DNA of 64,000 nt from Candidatus Komeilibacteria bacterium. Its GTDB lineage: Bacteria; Patescibacteriota; Patescibacteriia; UBA1558. Shown piece after piece: positions 27,567-35,655 of the stretch. The notes beneath the pieces are model-generated. The model had not been told where the DNA came from. It did no database searches and saw only the letters and a list, made by a program, of their open reading frames with translations. Position numbers and translations under genes: made by a program. The DNA lies in assembly GCA_048538235.1 (NCBI GenBank), contig JBLYPX010000001.1, positions 787,011-851,010 on the forward strand. Reading direction: 5' to 3'. Each line of letters opens with the position of its first letter. The stretch's first letter is position 1.

Positions 27567-27944
27567 TTATTGTACAGAGTCTATTACTTTATCTAAAACA
27601 AATTCAGTTATAGCAAAGGCTGCAATTACTATAATTAAACCTATAACGGCGTTTATAATTCTTTTCTTAGCTGCATCTATTACAGTTGAGTTGCCACCAG
27701 CCATCATCCATTGGTACCCAGAAACTATTATTAATATTATAAAAATTATTGATAGCAAGCTAAGAGCTATTCGAATAATATTTACTATAATGTCTTGTGG
27801 GGTTGCCGGCTCATAGTCTGCGCCGAGAGCAGCGGTTTCAACTAACTCATTTTTTGCATTTATATCGTCTTGAAGAGAGGCTAATGAAACTAAAGGAGTG
27901 GCTATTGTTAGTAATATTAAAAATGTTAAAAGTAATTTTTTCAT
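27567..27944 (-). CDS. VirB2/TrbC-like pilin paralog P2, subfamily A
   Basis: 125 aa. Signal peptide, variable region, SGYQWMMAGGNSTVIDAAKKRIINAVIGLIIVIAAFAITEFVL. Confidence 0.65.
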   Translation of the reverse strand: MKKLLLTFLILLTIATPLVSLASLQDDINAKNELVETAALGADYEPATPQDIIVNIIRIALSLLSIIFIILIIVSGYQWMMAGGNSTVIDAAKKRIINAVIGLIIVIAAFAITEFVLDKVIDSVQ

Positions 27945-27949
27945 AATAT

Positions 27950-28339
27950 TTAATGTCTTCCTCCTAAGGTGAAAGCTTTTTCTATAACAAAGTCAGTTAT
28001 ACCAAATACAGCTAAGGTTATAACTAAACCAATAATTGCATTTACCATACGTTTTTTAGCTGAATCAATGGCAGTAGAGTTACCACCAGCTGTCATCCAT
28101 TGATAGCCAGAAATTAAAATAAGAATAGTAAATATTACCCCAATAAAACCAAGTGCTATCTGAATTGCATTACCGACAATAATGGCCGGATCTTTCACGC
28201 CTGGAGCCTCTCCCGCGCTATTATAATATGCTTGACCACCAGTTTGTTTGAGGTTTTCTCCTATTGATGTAGCTCCAACGGGCAAGGCAACGCTAATTAG
28301 CAGGAAAATAATTATTAATTTTATTATATTTTTGTTCAT
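27950..28339 (-). CDS. VirB2/TrbC-like pilin paralog P3, subfamily A
   Basis: 130 aa from the internal ATG at 28337-28339 (MNKNIIKLIIIFLL…). The ORF-track start at 28378 would overlap P4. Core SGYQWMTAGGNSTAIDSAKKRMVNAIIGLVITLAVFGITDFVI. Confidence 0.6.
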   Translation of the reverse strand: MNKNIIKLIIIFLLISVALPVGATSIGENLKQTGGQAYYNSAGEAPGVKDPAIIVGNAIQIALGFIGVIFTILILISGYQWMTAGGNSTAIDSAKKRMVNAIIGLVITLAVFGITDFVIEKAFTLGGRH

Positions 28340-28343
28340 AATT

Positions 28344-28769
28344 TTATTGAACTTGCTGTGTTTCAAGGCTGCCACCACCAGTACTTATTAATATTTGGTC
28401 TGTTACAAACCAAGTGATACTATATGCAGCTAGGGCTATTACCAAGCCAATTGTTGCATTAATCATGCGTTGCTTAGCTTTTCCAATAGCTTCACTATTA
28501 CCACCAGCCATCATCCACTGAAAGCCAGATATGATGATTAGTATCAAGAAAACTGTACCCAAGAAGCCTAATATAATTTGTATAAAGTTACCAATTCTAA
28601 CTGGCAGTGGAGTTTCGTCACCTGTGTTAAAACCAGACTGTGTTCCAAACTCTGAATAACTATCTATTGGAGAACCTTCTGTAGGGTTTAATACATCTGA
28701 ATTAATAAGAGCGGCACCAGCAGGTATAGCTATAATCATTGCCAATAAGATGGATATAAAAAGTTTCAT
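28344..28769 (-). CDS. VirB2/TrbC-like pilin paralog P4, subfamily A
   Basis: 141 aa. Core SGFQWMMAGGNSEAIGKAKQRMINATIGLVIALAAYSITWFV. Confidence 0.65.
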   Translation of the reverse strand: MKLFISILLAMIIAIPAGAALINSDVLNPTEGSPIDSYSEFGTQSGFNTGDETPLPVRIGNFIQIILGFLGTVFLILIIISGFQWMMAGGNSEAIGKAKQRMINATIGLVIALAAYSITWFVTDQILISTGGGSLETQQVQ

Positions 28770-28770
28770 A

Positions 28771-29163
28771 TTATATATTAGCTACACTTGTTATCACAAA
28801 GCTTGTTAAAGCATAGGCTGCTAAAACAACTATTAAACCTATGGTGGCATTTATAAGTCTTTTTTTTGATGTATCAATAGAGCTAGAATTACCACCAGCT
28901 GTCATCCACTGAAAACCAGAAACTATTATTAATACTAAGAAAAGGGTTCCTATTAAACCAAGAGCTATTTGTACTACAGAAGCCACAATTTGCTGTGGAT
29001 TTTTGTAGCCAGCTTCGTCCTTGGTGGTAAACCCAGCTTCACCTGCTGTTGTTTCCAGCCCAGTTTCTATAGCTAAAAGAGGAGCGGCTATTATAACTAA
29101 AAAAGAGGTTACAATAAATATAACCACCAATAAAGCACTTAAATTGTTTATAGATACTTTCAT
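28771..29163 (-). CDS. VirB2/TrbC-like pilin paralog P5, subfamily A
   Basis: 130 aa. Core SGFQWMTAGGNSSSIDTSKKRLINATIGLIVVLAAYALTSFVI. Confidence 0.65.
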   Translation of the reverse strand: MKVSINNLSALLVVIFIVTSFLVIIAAPLLAIETGLETTAGEAGFTTKDEAGYKNPQQIVASVVQIALGLIGTLFLVLIIVSGFQWMTAGGNSSSIDTSKKRLINATIGLIVVLAAYALTSFVITSVANI

Positions 29164-29180
29164 ATATATAGTTTAAGCTC

Positions 29181-29215
29181 AGGCGGACCATATAAATATG
29201 ATCCGCTATAGTCTA
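29181..29215 (-). other. intergenic RNA hairpin between pilin paralogs P6 and P5 (GCGGAUCA-loop-UGGUCCGC), no U-tract
   Basis: 8-11 bp stem in the 62-nt P6-P5 spacer. Could be a processing/stability element or a partial attenuator separating the two subfamilies. Confidence 0.35.
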
Positions 29216-29225
29216 GACTATATTT

Positions 29226-29597
29226 TTAAGCTTGAGTTGCGCCTTGAATGTTTGTAATAACAAATGAGGCAATAGCGTAAGCAGCTAAAATGATGATCAA
29301 ACCGATAACACCATTAATAATAAACTGTCTACCTTTCTTAACTCTGTCTTCATTACCACCAGCTGTCATCCACATGAATCCACCGATTAGAATCAAAATA
29401 ACAGCGATTAAGCCTAAGAAGCCCAAGATGATAGAGATGATGTTATTTACAATATCTTTAACACCAGCATCACCTAAGCCTAAAGCTTGTGCGTCTTCCA
29501 ATCCTAAGTCAGCTGTTGCCATACTTAGCATAGGAGCTGCCATGAAGGCAACAATCATAACGATTGCGAATAATTTTTTGTTCATAAGTTTTTTCAT
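29226..29597 (-). CDS. VirB2/TrbC-like pilin paralog P6, subfamily B, with own promoter and strong SD (candidate major subunit)
   Basis: 123 aa from the ATG at 29595-29597 (MKKLMNKKLFAIVMIVAFMAAPMLSMATA/DLG…), preceded by AAAGGGGGTGA SD. Core GGFMWMTAGGNEDRVKKGRQFIINGVIGLIIILAAYAIASFVI. The ORF-track start at 29621 is a TTG with no SD. Confidence 0.65.
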   Translation of the reverse strand: MKKLMNKKLFAIVMIVAFMAAPMLSMATADLGLEDAQALGLGDAGVKDIVNNIISIILGFLGLIAVILILIGGFMWMTAGGNEDRVKKGRQFIINGVIGLIIILAAYAIASFVITNIQGATQA

Positions 29598-29651
29598 AAT
29601 GTCACCCCCTTTCGTGGGCAAATTAATTATTATTATGTTAACTATAGTAAT

Positions 29652-29680
29652 ATTATACTATAAATTATCAATTTTAACAA
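29652..29680 (-). promoter_or_regulatory. internal operon promoter for P6: -35 TTGTTA (29675-29680), 17 bp, -10 TATAAT (29652-29657)
   Basis: Minus-strand read: TTGTTAaaattgataatttatagTATAAT. Sits in the 60-nt P7-P6 spacer. Confidence 0.5.
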
Positions 29681-29681
29681 T

Positions 29682-30032
29682 TTAGTTAGCAGGAATTATT
29701 TCAAAGATAAAGGCTAGAATGCTATAAGCTGAGAATATAATTACAATGCCTAAAGTAGCCCAAATAAGAGTATCTTTACCCTTTTTTATCTTGTCCATGT
29801 TGCCAGAAGCTGTCATCCACATGAATCCACCGATAATGAAATATATTAAAGCTATTGTTCCGGTTAGCCCCAGTACAGCTTTAATTATTAACCCAACTAG
29901 TTCCTGAGGACTCTCTGTGGTCAAAGGGTTTGTAATATGAATAGATTCTTCAGTGGTTTCTGCGTGAACAGATAAGGCTGTAAACAGTAGCAATGAAGAT
30001 GTTCCTATGTAGTTTATTATTTTTTTAATCAT
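29682..30032 (-). CDS. VirB2/TrbC-like pilin paralog P7, subfamily B
   Basis: 116 aa. Signal peptide …SVHA/ETT. Core GGFMWMTASGNMDKIKKGKDTLIWATLGIVIIFSAYSILAFIF. Confidence 0.6.
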   Translation of the reverse strand: MIKKIINYIGTSSLLLFTALSVHAETTEESIHITNPLTTESPQELVGLIIKAVLGLTGTIALIYFIIGGFMWMTASGNMDKIKKGKDTLIWATLGIVIIFSAYSILAFIFEIIPAN

Positions 30033-30047
30033 ATATTTAAATAATTA

Positions 30048-30656
30048 TTATTCAGATTGACAGCAAACAATATTGTTTGGACCAAAACACATATTACTTA
30101 CAATTGTCCCCTCGACACATTGCGTAGAGTTTCTGCAGGCATAACCTCCACCCTCTGGCGGAGTAGCATCACATTTTTGTACACAGTCATTATTTATACA
30201 TATGCCCAAACCACTTCTACAAGAATCATTTTCTTGAAGACCATCGCAAGGTCCAGCAACTTGAGTGTTGGTGTTTTCTAATGACCTGGTAGAGATAGAA
30301 ACTAAAATTGTTTGAACAATTAACCACGCGCCCATCACTATAACAATTCCAATCACAGTATTTACCATTATATCTTTACCCTTTTCAATTTTTCCCGATT
30401 TACCACCAGATGTTAGCCACATAATTCCACCGAATATGAAAAAGAGTAGAGCAAAGCTACCAAGTATACCTAATCCCCATTTGCTTAAGACTACAAAGGT
30501 GTTAAAACCCTGATCAAGAGAACAGCTACCGTCTGCAATACAAGAGTCTTCGTAGTCTGTTGATCCTTCAGGGTAGAAACTTGAGTCTTGCAAAACTGAA
30601 GCACTAGCAAGAAGCGGTGTGACAAGTAAAATTAGAACAATTATTAATTTTTTCAT
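30048..30656 (-). CDS. VirB2/TrbC-like pilin paralog P8, subfamily B, with 66-aa Cys-rich (11 Cys) C-terminal module
   Basis: 202 aa. Signal peptide. Variable region with 2 Cys. Core GGIMWLTSGGKSGKIEKGKDIMVNTVIGIVIVMGAWLIV. C-terminus PCDGLQENDSCRSGLGICINNDCVQKCDATPPEGGGYACRNSTQCVEGTIVSNMCFGPNNIVCCQSE. ATGA overlap with the upstream SBP gene. Confidence 0.6.
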   Translation of the reverse strand: MKKLIIVLILLVTPLLASASVLQDSSFYPEGSTDYEDSCIADGSCSLDQGFNTFVVLSKWGLGILGSFALLFFIFGGIMWLTSGGKSGKIEKGKDIMVNTVIGIVIVMGAWLIVQTILVSISTRSLENTNTQVAGPCDGLQENDSCRSGLGICINNDCVQKCDATPPEGGGYACRNSTQCVEGTIVSNMCFGPNNIVCCQSE

Positions 30657-32050
30657 TCTGGTTTTTTAATTGTTTGATTTATTTTTCGAACTATTAAGTC
30701 TAGTAAATCCATAGTTGTAAACTCACTAGAAACATTATGATATGCCTGATAAATTAAATCTTCCATCGCTGAATTTGCTTCACTGTAGTCATAGCCACGA
30801 TACCAGGCTCTAGCGTTTAGGACTTGGTCAGCAAACACACCAACACTTTCGCTTTGTATTTGGTTGTTTATTAAAGATAAAAGTGCAGTTGGTTGTTCAC
30901 TAGCTTCTAAATATGCCATAGTTACTTCTGGTGTTGTAGTTACAAATCTTATAAAATCCCAAGCTGGTTGAATTTTATCTTCAGAAGAGCCAAAATATGT
31001 AGATAATGCCCAGAAATCTGCAAAATTAACCTCTTGTACATCTGGTACGGTTTGTAGCATTGGTGCAATATTGAAGTTTAATTTAGGAGATTGAGCTTTA
31101 ATTATTGGTGCCTGATAAGAGTAGCCAATAAAGTAAGCAAGTTTTCCAGAAGTAAACATTTCTAATGCATCTGGTTTATCTTCAGACCAAGAGTATACTT
31201 CCTTAGTTGGATCAATAAAGTTTACAAAAAATTCTAGAGCATCTTTACCAGGATAAAACTTTCCCTGTCCAGGAGGAGGTTGGTTGAATGTTACATTATT
31301 ATATTCATCTGTCATTTGAGCACCATTTTGCATCATTAGCAGTGCTAGTATATCTGTTGCTCTTGGAATGTTTGTGGCAGAGCCTAATGCAATTCCAGCT
31401 TGTTGAATATTTCCATTGCCATCAAAAGTTGTTAATTCTTTTACTTGCTCAATTAATTCAGCCCAAGTAGTAGCGGGTAAAGGTATTTTAGCGCTGTTTA
31501 GTAAATCGCGATTATAATATAGAGCTAAACTATCAACACTTAAAGGTAGGCCATAAATTTGATTATCTATTACCACTTGATCATAGACAGCTGGAACAAA
31601 TAACTCTTGAACCTTTTTTGGAGTAAGGCCCGCAACTGTTTTAATAACAACAGTTGGTTCTTGTTTAATAGTGCCCTTCATTTCAACATAAGGAATACGC
31701 ATAGATTCAGGCATTTCCTTTATCAAACTTTGGTATTGCCTAATCTGTGTAGAAGGGATAGAAAATATTTCTGGACCTCTTTGTTCTAGCCAAGCTTGCG
31801 TTAACTCGCTTTCATATTCTTCGTATCTGAACTTTCTATACTTAATCTTAATGTTTGGGTGTATTGTCTGGTAAGCATTTATTAAACTAGCAACGTCTGC
31901 TGTTTCTTCCCAAACACCCCACCAATTTAATTCAACAGGTTTGTATAGTTGTTCGACCTCACTACTTTGTGAGAATTTACAACCAAAACCCATTAGTGGA
32001 AGTGACACCAAGATTAAAGTAAGAATAGATAATTTTGTTTTAGATAGCAT
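30653..32050 (-). CDS. extracellular solute-binding lipoprotein (ABC transporter SBP family 1, sugar/MalE-like), orphan: no permease or ATPase adjacent
   Basis: 465 aa. Lipoprotein signal LILVSLPLMGFGC. MalE-like two-lobe pattern (…YRGYDYSEANSAMEDLIYQAY…). Translationally coupled to pilin P8 (stop/start overlap ATGA). Confidence 0.65.
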   Translation of the reverse strand: MLSKTKLSILTLILVSLPLMGFGCKFSQSSEVEQLYKPVELNWWGVWEETADVASLINAYQTIHPNIKIKYRKFRYEEYESELTQAWLEQRGPEIFSIPSTQIRQYQSLIKEMPESMRIPYVEMKGTIKQEPTVVIKTVAGLTPKKVQELFVPAVYDQVVIDNQIYGLPLSVDSLALYYNRDLLNSAKIPLPATTWAELIEQVKELTTFDGNGNIQQAGIALGSATNIPRATDILALLMMQNGAQMTDEYNNVTFNQPPPGQGKFYPGKDALEFFVNFIDPTKEVYSWSEDKPDALEMFTSGKLAYFIGYSYQAPIIKAQSPKLNFNIAPMLQTVPDVQEVNFADFWALSTYFGSSEDKIQPAWDFIRFVTTTPEVTMAYLEASEQPTALLSLINNQIQSESVGVFADQVLNARAWYRGYDYSEANSAMEDLIYQAYHNVSSEFTTMDLLDLIVRKINQTIKKPE

Positions 32051-32165
32051 AGTAATTTTTAATTAAAACTAAGTAAATTATACAATTTTATAGGTGATTT
32101 GTAAAACAAAGACCTGATTAAGAAAATACTATATAATACATATATTATTATTAACATATATAATT

Positions 32166-32624
32166 ATGATAAGTTTAGAAAATAAAAAAGCACCAAGCTT
32201 TAGATTAAAGGATCAAGAAGACAAATGGGTGAGTTTAAGAGATTTTAAAGGAAAGTATGTGTTGTTATATTTTTATCCTAAAGATATGACCCCTGGATGC
32301 ACTGTTGAGGCAAAGTGTTTTAGAGATAGGTTAAATGAATTTAAGAAAAAAGGCGTACAAGTGCTAGGATTGTCTGTAGATAGTGTAGAATCACATAAAA
32401 AGTTTGCAGATAGGCATAAACTAAATTTTCCATTACTTTCTGATGAAAAGAAAGAGATAGTTGAAAAATATGGTGTTTGGAAAGAGAAAAGTACGTTCGG
32501 TAAAAAATATATGGGAATACAAAGAGATTCCTATTTGATAGATAAAGATGGAAAGGTTATAAAACACTATGAAAAGGTTAATCCTAGTAAGCACGTTGAA
32601 GAAGTTTTGAAAGATTTAAAATAA
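32166..32624 (+). CDS. bcp: peroxiredoxin Bcp (thiol peroxidase, AhpC/TSA family)
   Basis: 152 aa. FYPKDMTPGCTVEAKCF with peroxidatic and resolving Cys 5 residues apart. Confidence 0.85.
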   Translation: MISLENKKAPSFRLKDQEDKWVSLRDFKGKYVLLYFYPKDMTPGCTVEAKCFRDRLNEFKKKGVQVLGLSVDSVESHKKFADRHKLNFPLLSDEKKEIVEKYGVWKEKSTFGKKYMGIQRDSYLIDKDGKVIKHYEKVNPSKHVEEVLKDLK

Positions 32625-32642
32625 TTCTAGTGTTAATTAAAT

Positions 32643-32667
32643 AAATCCAGCCTAAGCTGGATTTATT
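32643..32667 (+). terminator. intrinsic terminator AAATCCAGC-CTAA-GCTGGATTT plus TATT after bcp
   Basis: Perfect 9-bp stem. Confidence 0.6.
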
Positions 32668-32681
32668 ATTTGTAATATATT

Positions 32682-32769
32682 TGGCGGAGGCGGGAGGATT
32701 CGAACCTCCGAGACCAAAAGGTCCACTGCTTTTCGAGAGCAGCGCATTAAACCACTCTGCCACACCTCC
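32682..32769 (-). tRNA. tRNA-Ser (anticodon CGA), long variable arm, CCA encoded
   Basis: RC reads GGAGGTGTGGCAGAGTGGTTTAATGCGCTGCTCTCGAAAAGCAGTGGACCTTTTGGTCTCGGAGGTTCGAATCCTCCCGCCTCCGCCA. Anticodon loop CU-CGA-AA. Type II variable arm. Its 5' end abuts the stop codon of the upstream gene. Confidence 0.85.
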
Positions 32770-34160
32770 TATTCAAGTTGCGACAATTTTTTGTTTACAG
32801 TGTGGTTGTAAAGAACTATTGTAATTCCTACTATTAGCCAAAATAATATACTAAGGTCATTTTTAAAATATGGGACATCAACTATTCCATGAATTATTAT
32901 AACAATTAAAGAGGCACCAACACCTAAGCTTAGGTGAGTAATATATTCTTTTTTATAAATTGGTAGCCACTTCTTTTTAATATTTATTCTGTATATTAAT
33001 ACACCAAGGATTATAAAGAGCCACAAGGTGCTAATAAGACCAAGTATACCAACCTCTGTCCAGAAATTTAAAATAATATTATGAGGATAAAGAAAAACCT
33101 CAACTGGTTGCCACTTATCATTTATGGTAATTCCAGATGAATGGTATTGTTTAACAGCTTCTTGGTAATTTGCTAGCCCACCTCCAGTAAACGGATTATC
33201 TTTAAGCATGGATATTGTTTCAGTCCACTGAGCTCTACGTATTTGTCCAGAATAGTCAGATATCGTTATTTTCTCAAAAGCTACACTTCTTAAAGAAGGG
33301 GTTATTAGTATTACAAAATATAATATTACAGCTAAAACTATTGCTAGTAGGCGGGTGTGTTTTTTTGCTAGTAATATAATGAACACACCAATACTTAAAG
33401 CTATTAAAGCACCTTCTGAGCTTGCCCAAATGATTGTAAATATTATTGAAATAAAAGCAATGAATTTTAATATTTTTAAGTATGTATATTCTTTAATCCA
33501 CAGAGTCGCAAAGATAAGAGCTCCAATTGGAGCAAGTAATAATCCATTGGCATTTGGATAACCAAAAAAGGTTGTTACTCTCCTTGTTTCTGGTAAATAC
33601 CAATCTAGTACAGGTATGTTCCAGCCAGTAAGCTTTTGTATTAAAGCATAGATGAATATTATTATAGACAAAACACTAAAGGTGTATATTAGTTTGTTTA
33701 TCTCAGAATTTTTTCTTATATAATATAGTAAAACGCCTAAAAACATTAATGGTTCTAGAAAGTATGCTTTCCATATTCCAGCACCAGCCATTGTTTGTGG
33801 AGTTGTAATAAGAGCAATAATAGAGGCTAGAAAGAATATAAATATTGGCAGAGCTATTATCTTAGGGATTAAATTTCTTTTACTAGTAGCTATTTTTTCT
33901 TCTTCTGCTTTGAAGAATTTTTTAAACCAAGCGCTAATAGCAATGTGTAGTTTTCTACTTTGCCATAGTTTAATAACCCACATTATGAATAGCAATACTA
34001 CCATCCCTTCTAAAAGTGTGGCTGGTATATTAAATATTTGAAAACGGATCAAATACGTTGGTAATAATAAAATAGTTAAATAAATACCTCTTTGCATACG
34101 AGGCCAAGCTAGAATAATAAAGAAGAGATAAAAGATAGCAATTAATATTAGATTTAACAT
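32769..34160 (-). CDS. O-antigen ligase/polymerase-like (Wzy_C family) polytopic membrane protein
   Basis: 463 aa, about 12 TM. Periplasmic-loop motif FLYPHNIILNFWTEVGILGLIS resembles the Wzy_C H-N...E.G signature. Confidence 0.55.
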   Translation of the reverse strand: MLNLILIAIFYLFFIILAWPRMQRGIYLTILLLPTYLIRFQIFNIPATLLEGMVVLLFIMWVIKLWQSRKLHIAISAWFKKFFKAEEEKIATSKRNLIPKIIALPIFIFFLASIIALITTPQTMAGAGIWKAYFLEPLMFLGVLLYYIRKNSEINKLIYTFSVLSIIIFIYALIQKLTGWNIPVLDWYLPETRRVTTFFGYPNANGLLLAPIGALIFATLWIKEYTYLKILKFIAFISIIFTIIWASSEGALIALSIGVFIILLAKKHTRLLAIVLAVILYFVILITPSLRSVAFEKITISDYSGQIRRAQWTETISMLKDNPFTGGGLANYQEAVKQYHSSGITINDKWQPVEVFLYPHNIILNFWTEVGILGLISTLWLFIILGVLIYRINIKKKWLPIYKKEYITHLSLGVGASLIVIIIHGIVDVPYFKNDLSILFWLIVGITIVLYNHTVNKKLSQLE

Positions 34161-35576
34161 TTATTTGGCTCTTAATTCATTTAAAATACTTTTATCTATA
34201 CCTTTAACAAGGTATAGAACAAGTGCATATATTAAGGAGGCTAGGACTATTAATAATATTAGGTTCAAACTGAAGCATAGATATATAAAAACTCCCATTA
34301 TTAAACTGGCGAATATTATTTTTCCACTCATTTTTAAGCTTATTCCAACTTGTGAATATTTATAACAAACATAGAAAGCAAAAATTGCATAAAGTAATTC
34401 TATAAACACAGTTATACTAGCTGCTGCCCAGTAAGAGAATTGTGGAATGAATACAAAATATAATATTAAAGAAAGAACAGCGGTTATAATATAGTAAGGA
34501 ATCATTTTCTTTTGTTTATCTATTGCTAATATAATGTATCCAAAAAGACTACCAAAGAAAATAATAGCTGTTGCCCATATTAATATTTTTAAAACACCGC
34601 CTGAGGCTAAAAAGTCGTCTCCGGCTATTAAAACCATAACCCTGTCAGCAAGTAGCATAGTGCCAACTATTAAGGGTGCTGCCACAATTAAAAAGAAATC
34701 AAATACTTTTTGGTAAACTCTTTTAAATCTTTCAATATTTTTTGTAACATAAGCGGTTGTTAGAACTGGCAGGACAAGCCCTAAGAACATATGAGGGAAT
34801 GTACCTATTATTTCTAATACTTTATAGGTTGCACCATAAATACCAACCTCGCCCTCTGATCTAAAAACAGATAGGATAAGAGTATCAGCTTTAAAATATA
34901 CCAAGGTGAGTAGTGAGGTTAAAGCAATTGGCCAAGCTCTGTGCCAAATTTTTTTCCAATAAGCAAAATCAAAACCAAAACTAAACTTTGTATAACCCCT
35001 GGCCATAAAAAAGATTAAGGAAAAGTATATTAGATTAAATACGACATTACCGAGGATTATGTATAGTAAGTCCTTTTGAAAAACCACAGCTAAAATTACG
35101 GTGATTAAAAAAGCGAATCTTCCTAACACTTCTGTTCCAATTATTTTATCCATTCGTAAGTTCTTTTGAAACAAAGCTACTAATACTTGCGCTAAGGTAA
35201 ATAAGAAGAATGATACAGACATTAAAACAACGCCTTGTTTAACAATAATTGCATAAGGGAATAATAGAACAACAAAAGGTGCGAGAGCAAAAAATACAAA
35301 TGAAGTAATTAATTTTATAGTAAATACATTACTCACAGCTTTTTTCTCATCTACTTCAGGGTCAGATATTTCTTGCATCAAGGCAAGGTATAGACCAAGG
35401 TCTACAATAACAGCAAAGAATTGAACAAAAGCGAGCACTGTGGCGTATTGCCCATAACCGGCTTGTCCTAAATGTCTGGTTATTAACCCAACAATAATAA
35501 CACCAATAATGGTGCTAATTATTTTACCAGTAAATTGAATTACGGTGTTATAGGCTACTTTTTTAGTTAATGACAT
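34161..35576 (-). CDS. oligosaccharide/polysaccharide flippase (MOP superfamily, Wzx-like)
   Basis: 471 aa, about 14 TM. N-terminus MSLTKKVAYNTVIQFTGKIISTIIGVIIVGLITRHLGQAGYGQYATV is typical of the Wzx/polysaccharide biosynthesis protein family. Confidence 0.7.
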   Translation of the reverse strand: MSLTKKVAYNTVIQFTGKIISTIIGVIIVGLITRHLGQAGYGQYATVLAFVQFFAVIVDLGLYLALMQEISDPEVDEKKAVSNVFTIKLITSFVFFALAPFVVLLFPYAIIVKQGVVLMSVSFFLFTLAQVLVALFQKNLRMDKIIGTEVLGRFAFLITVILAVVFQKDLLYIILGNVVFNLIYFSLIFFMARGYTKFSFGFDFAYWKKIWHRAWPIALTSLLTLVYFKADTLILSVFRSEGEVGIYGATYKVLEIIGTFPHMFLGLVLPVLTTAYVTKNIERFKRVYQKVFDFFLIVAAPLIVGTMLLADRVMVLIAGDDFLASGGVLKILIWATAIIFFGSLFGYIILAIDKQKKMIPYYIITAVLSLILYFVFIPQFSYWAAASITVFIELLYAIFAFYVCYKYSQVGISLKMSGKIIFASLIMGVFIYLCFSLNLILLIVLASLIYALVLYLVKGIDKSILNELRAK

Positions 35577-35655
35577 GCCTTCATTTTACGCTAAAAATAG
35601 GTAAAAATCAAACAAAAAATCTGCTTAGATAAGCAGATTTAATGTGAAATATGTA

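Noticed and set aside
29290-29685. 131-aa plus-strand ORF antisense to pilin P6 (also 30057..30281 antisense to P8, 1755..1994, 2076..2267 and others antisense to nusA)
   Set aside because: These ORFs are fully embedded opposite well-supported genes. They have low-complexity, stop-poor composition typical of AT-rich antisense frames, no SD, and no family resemblance.
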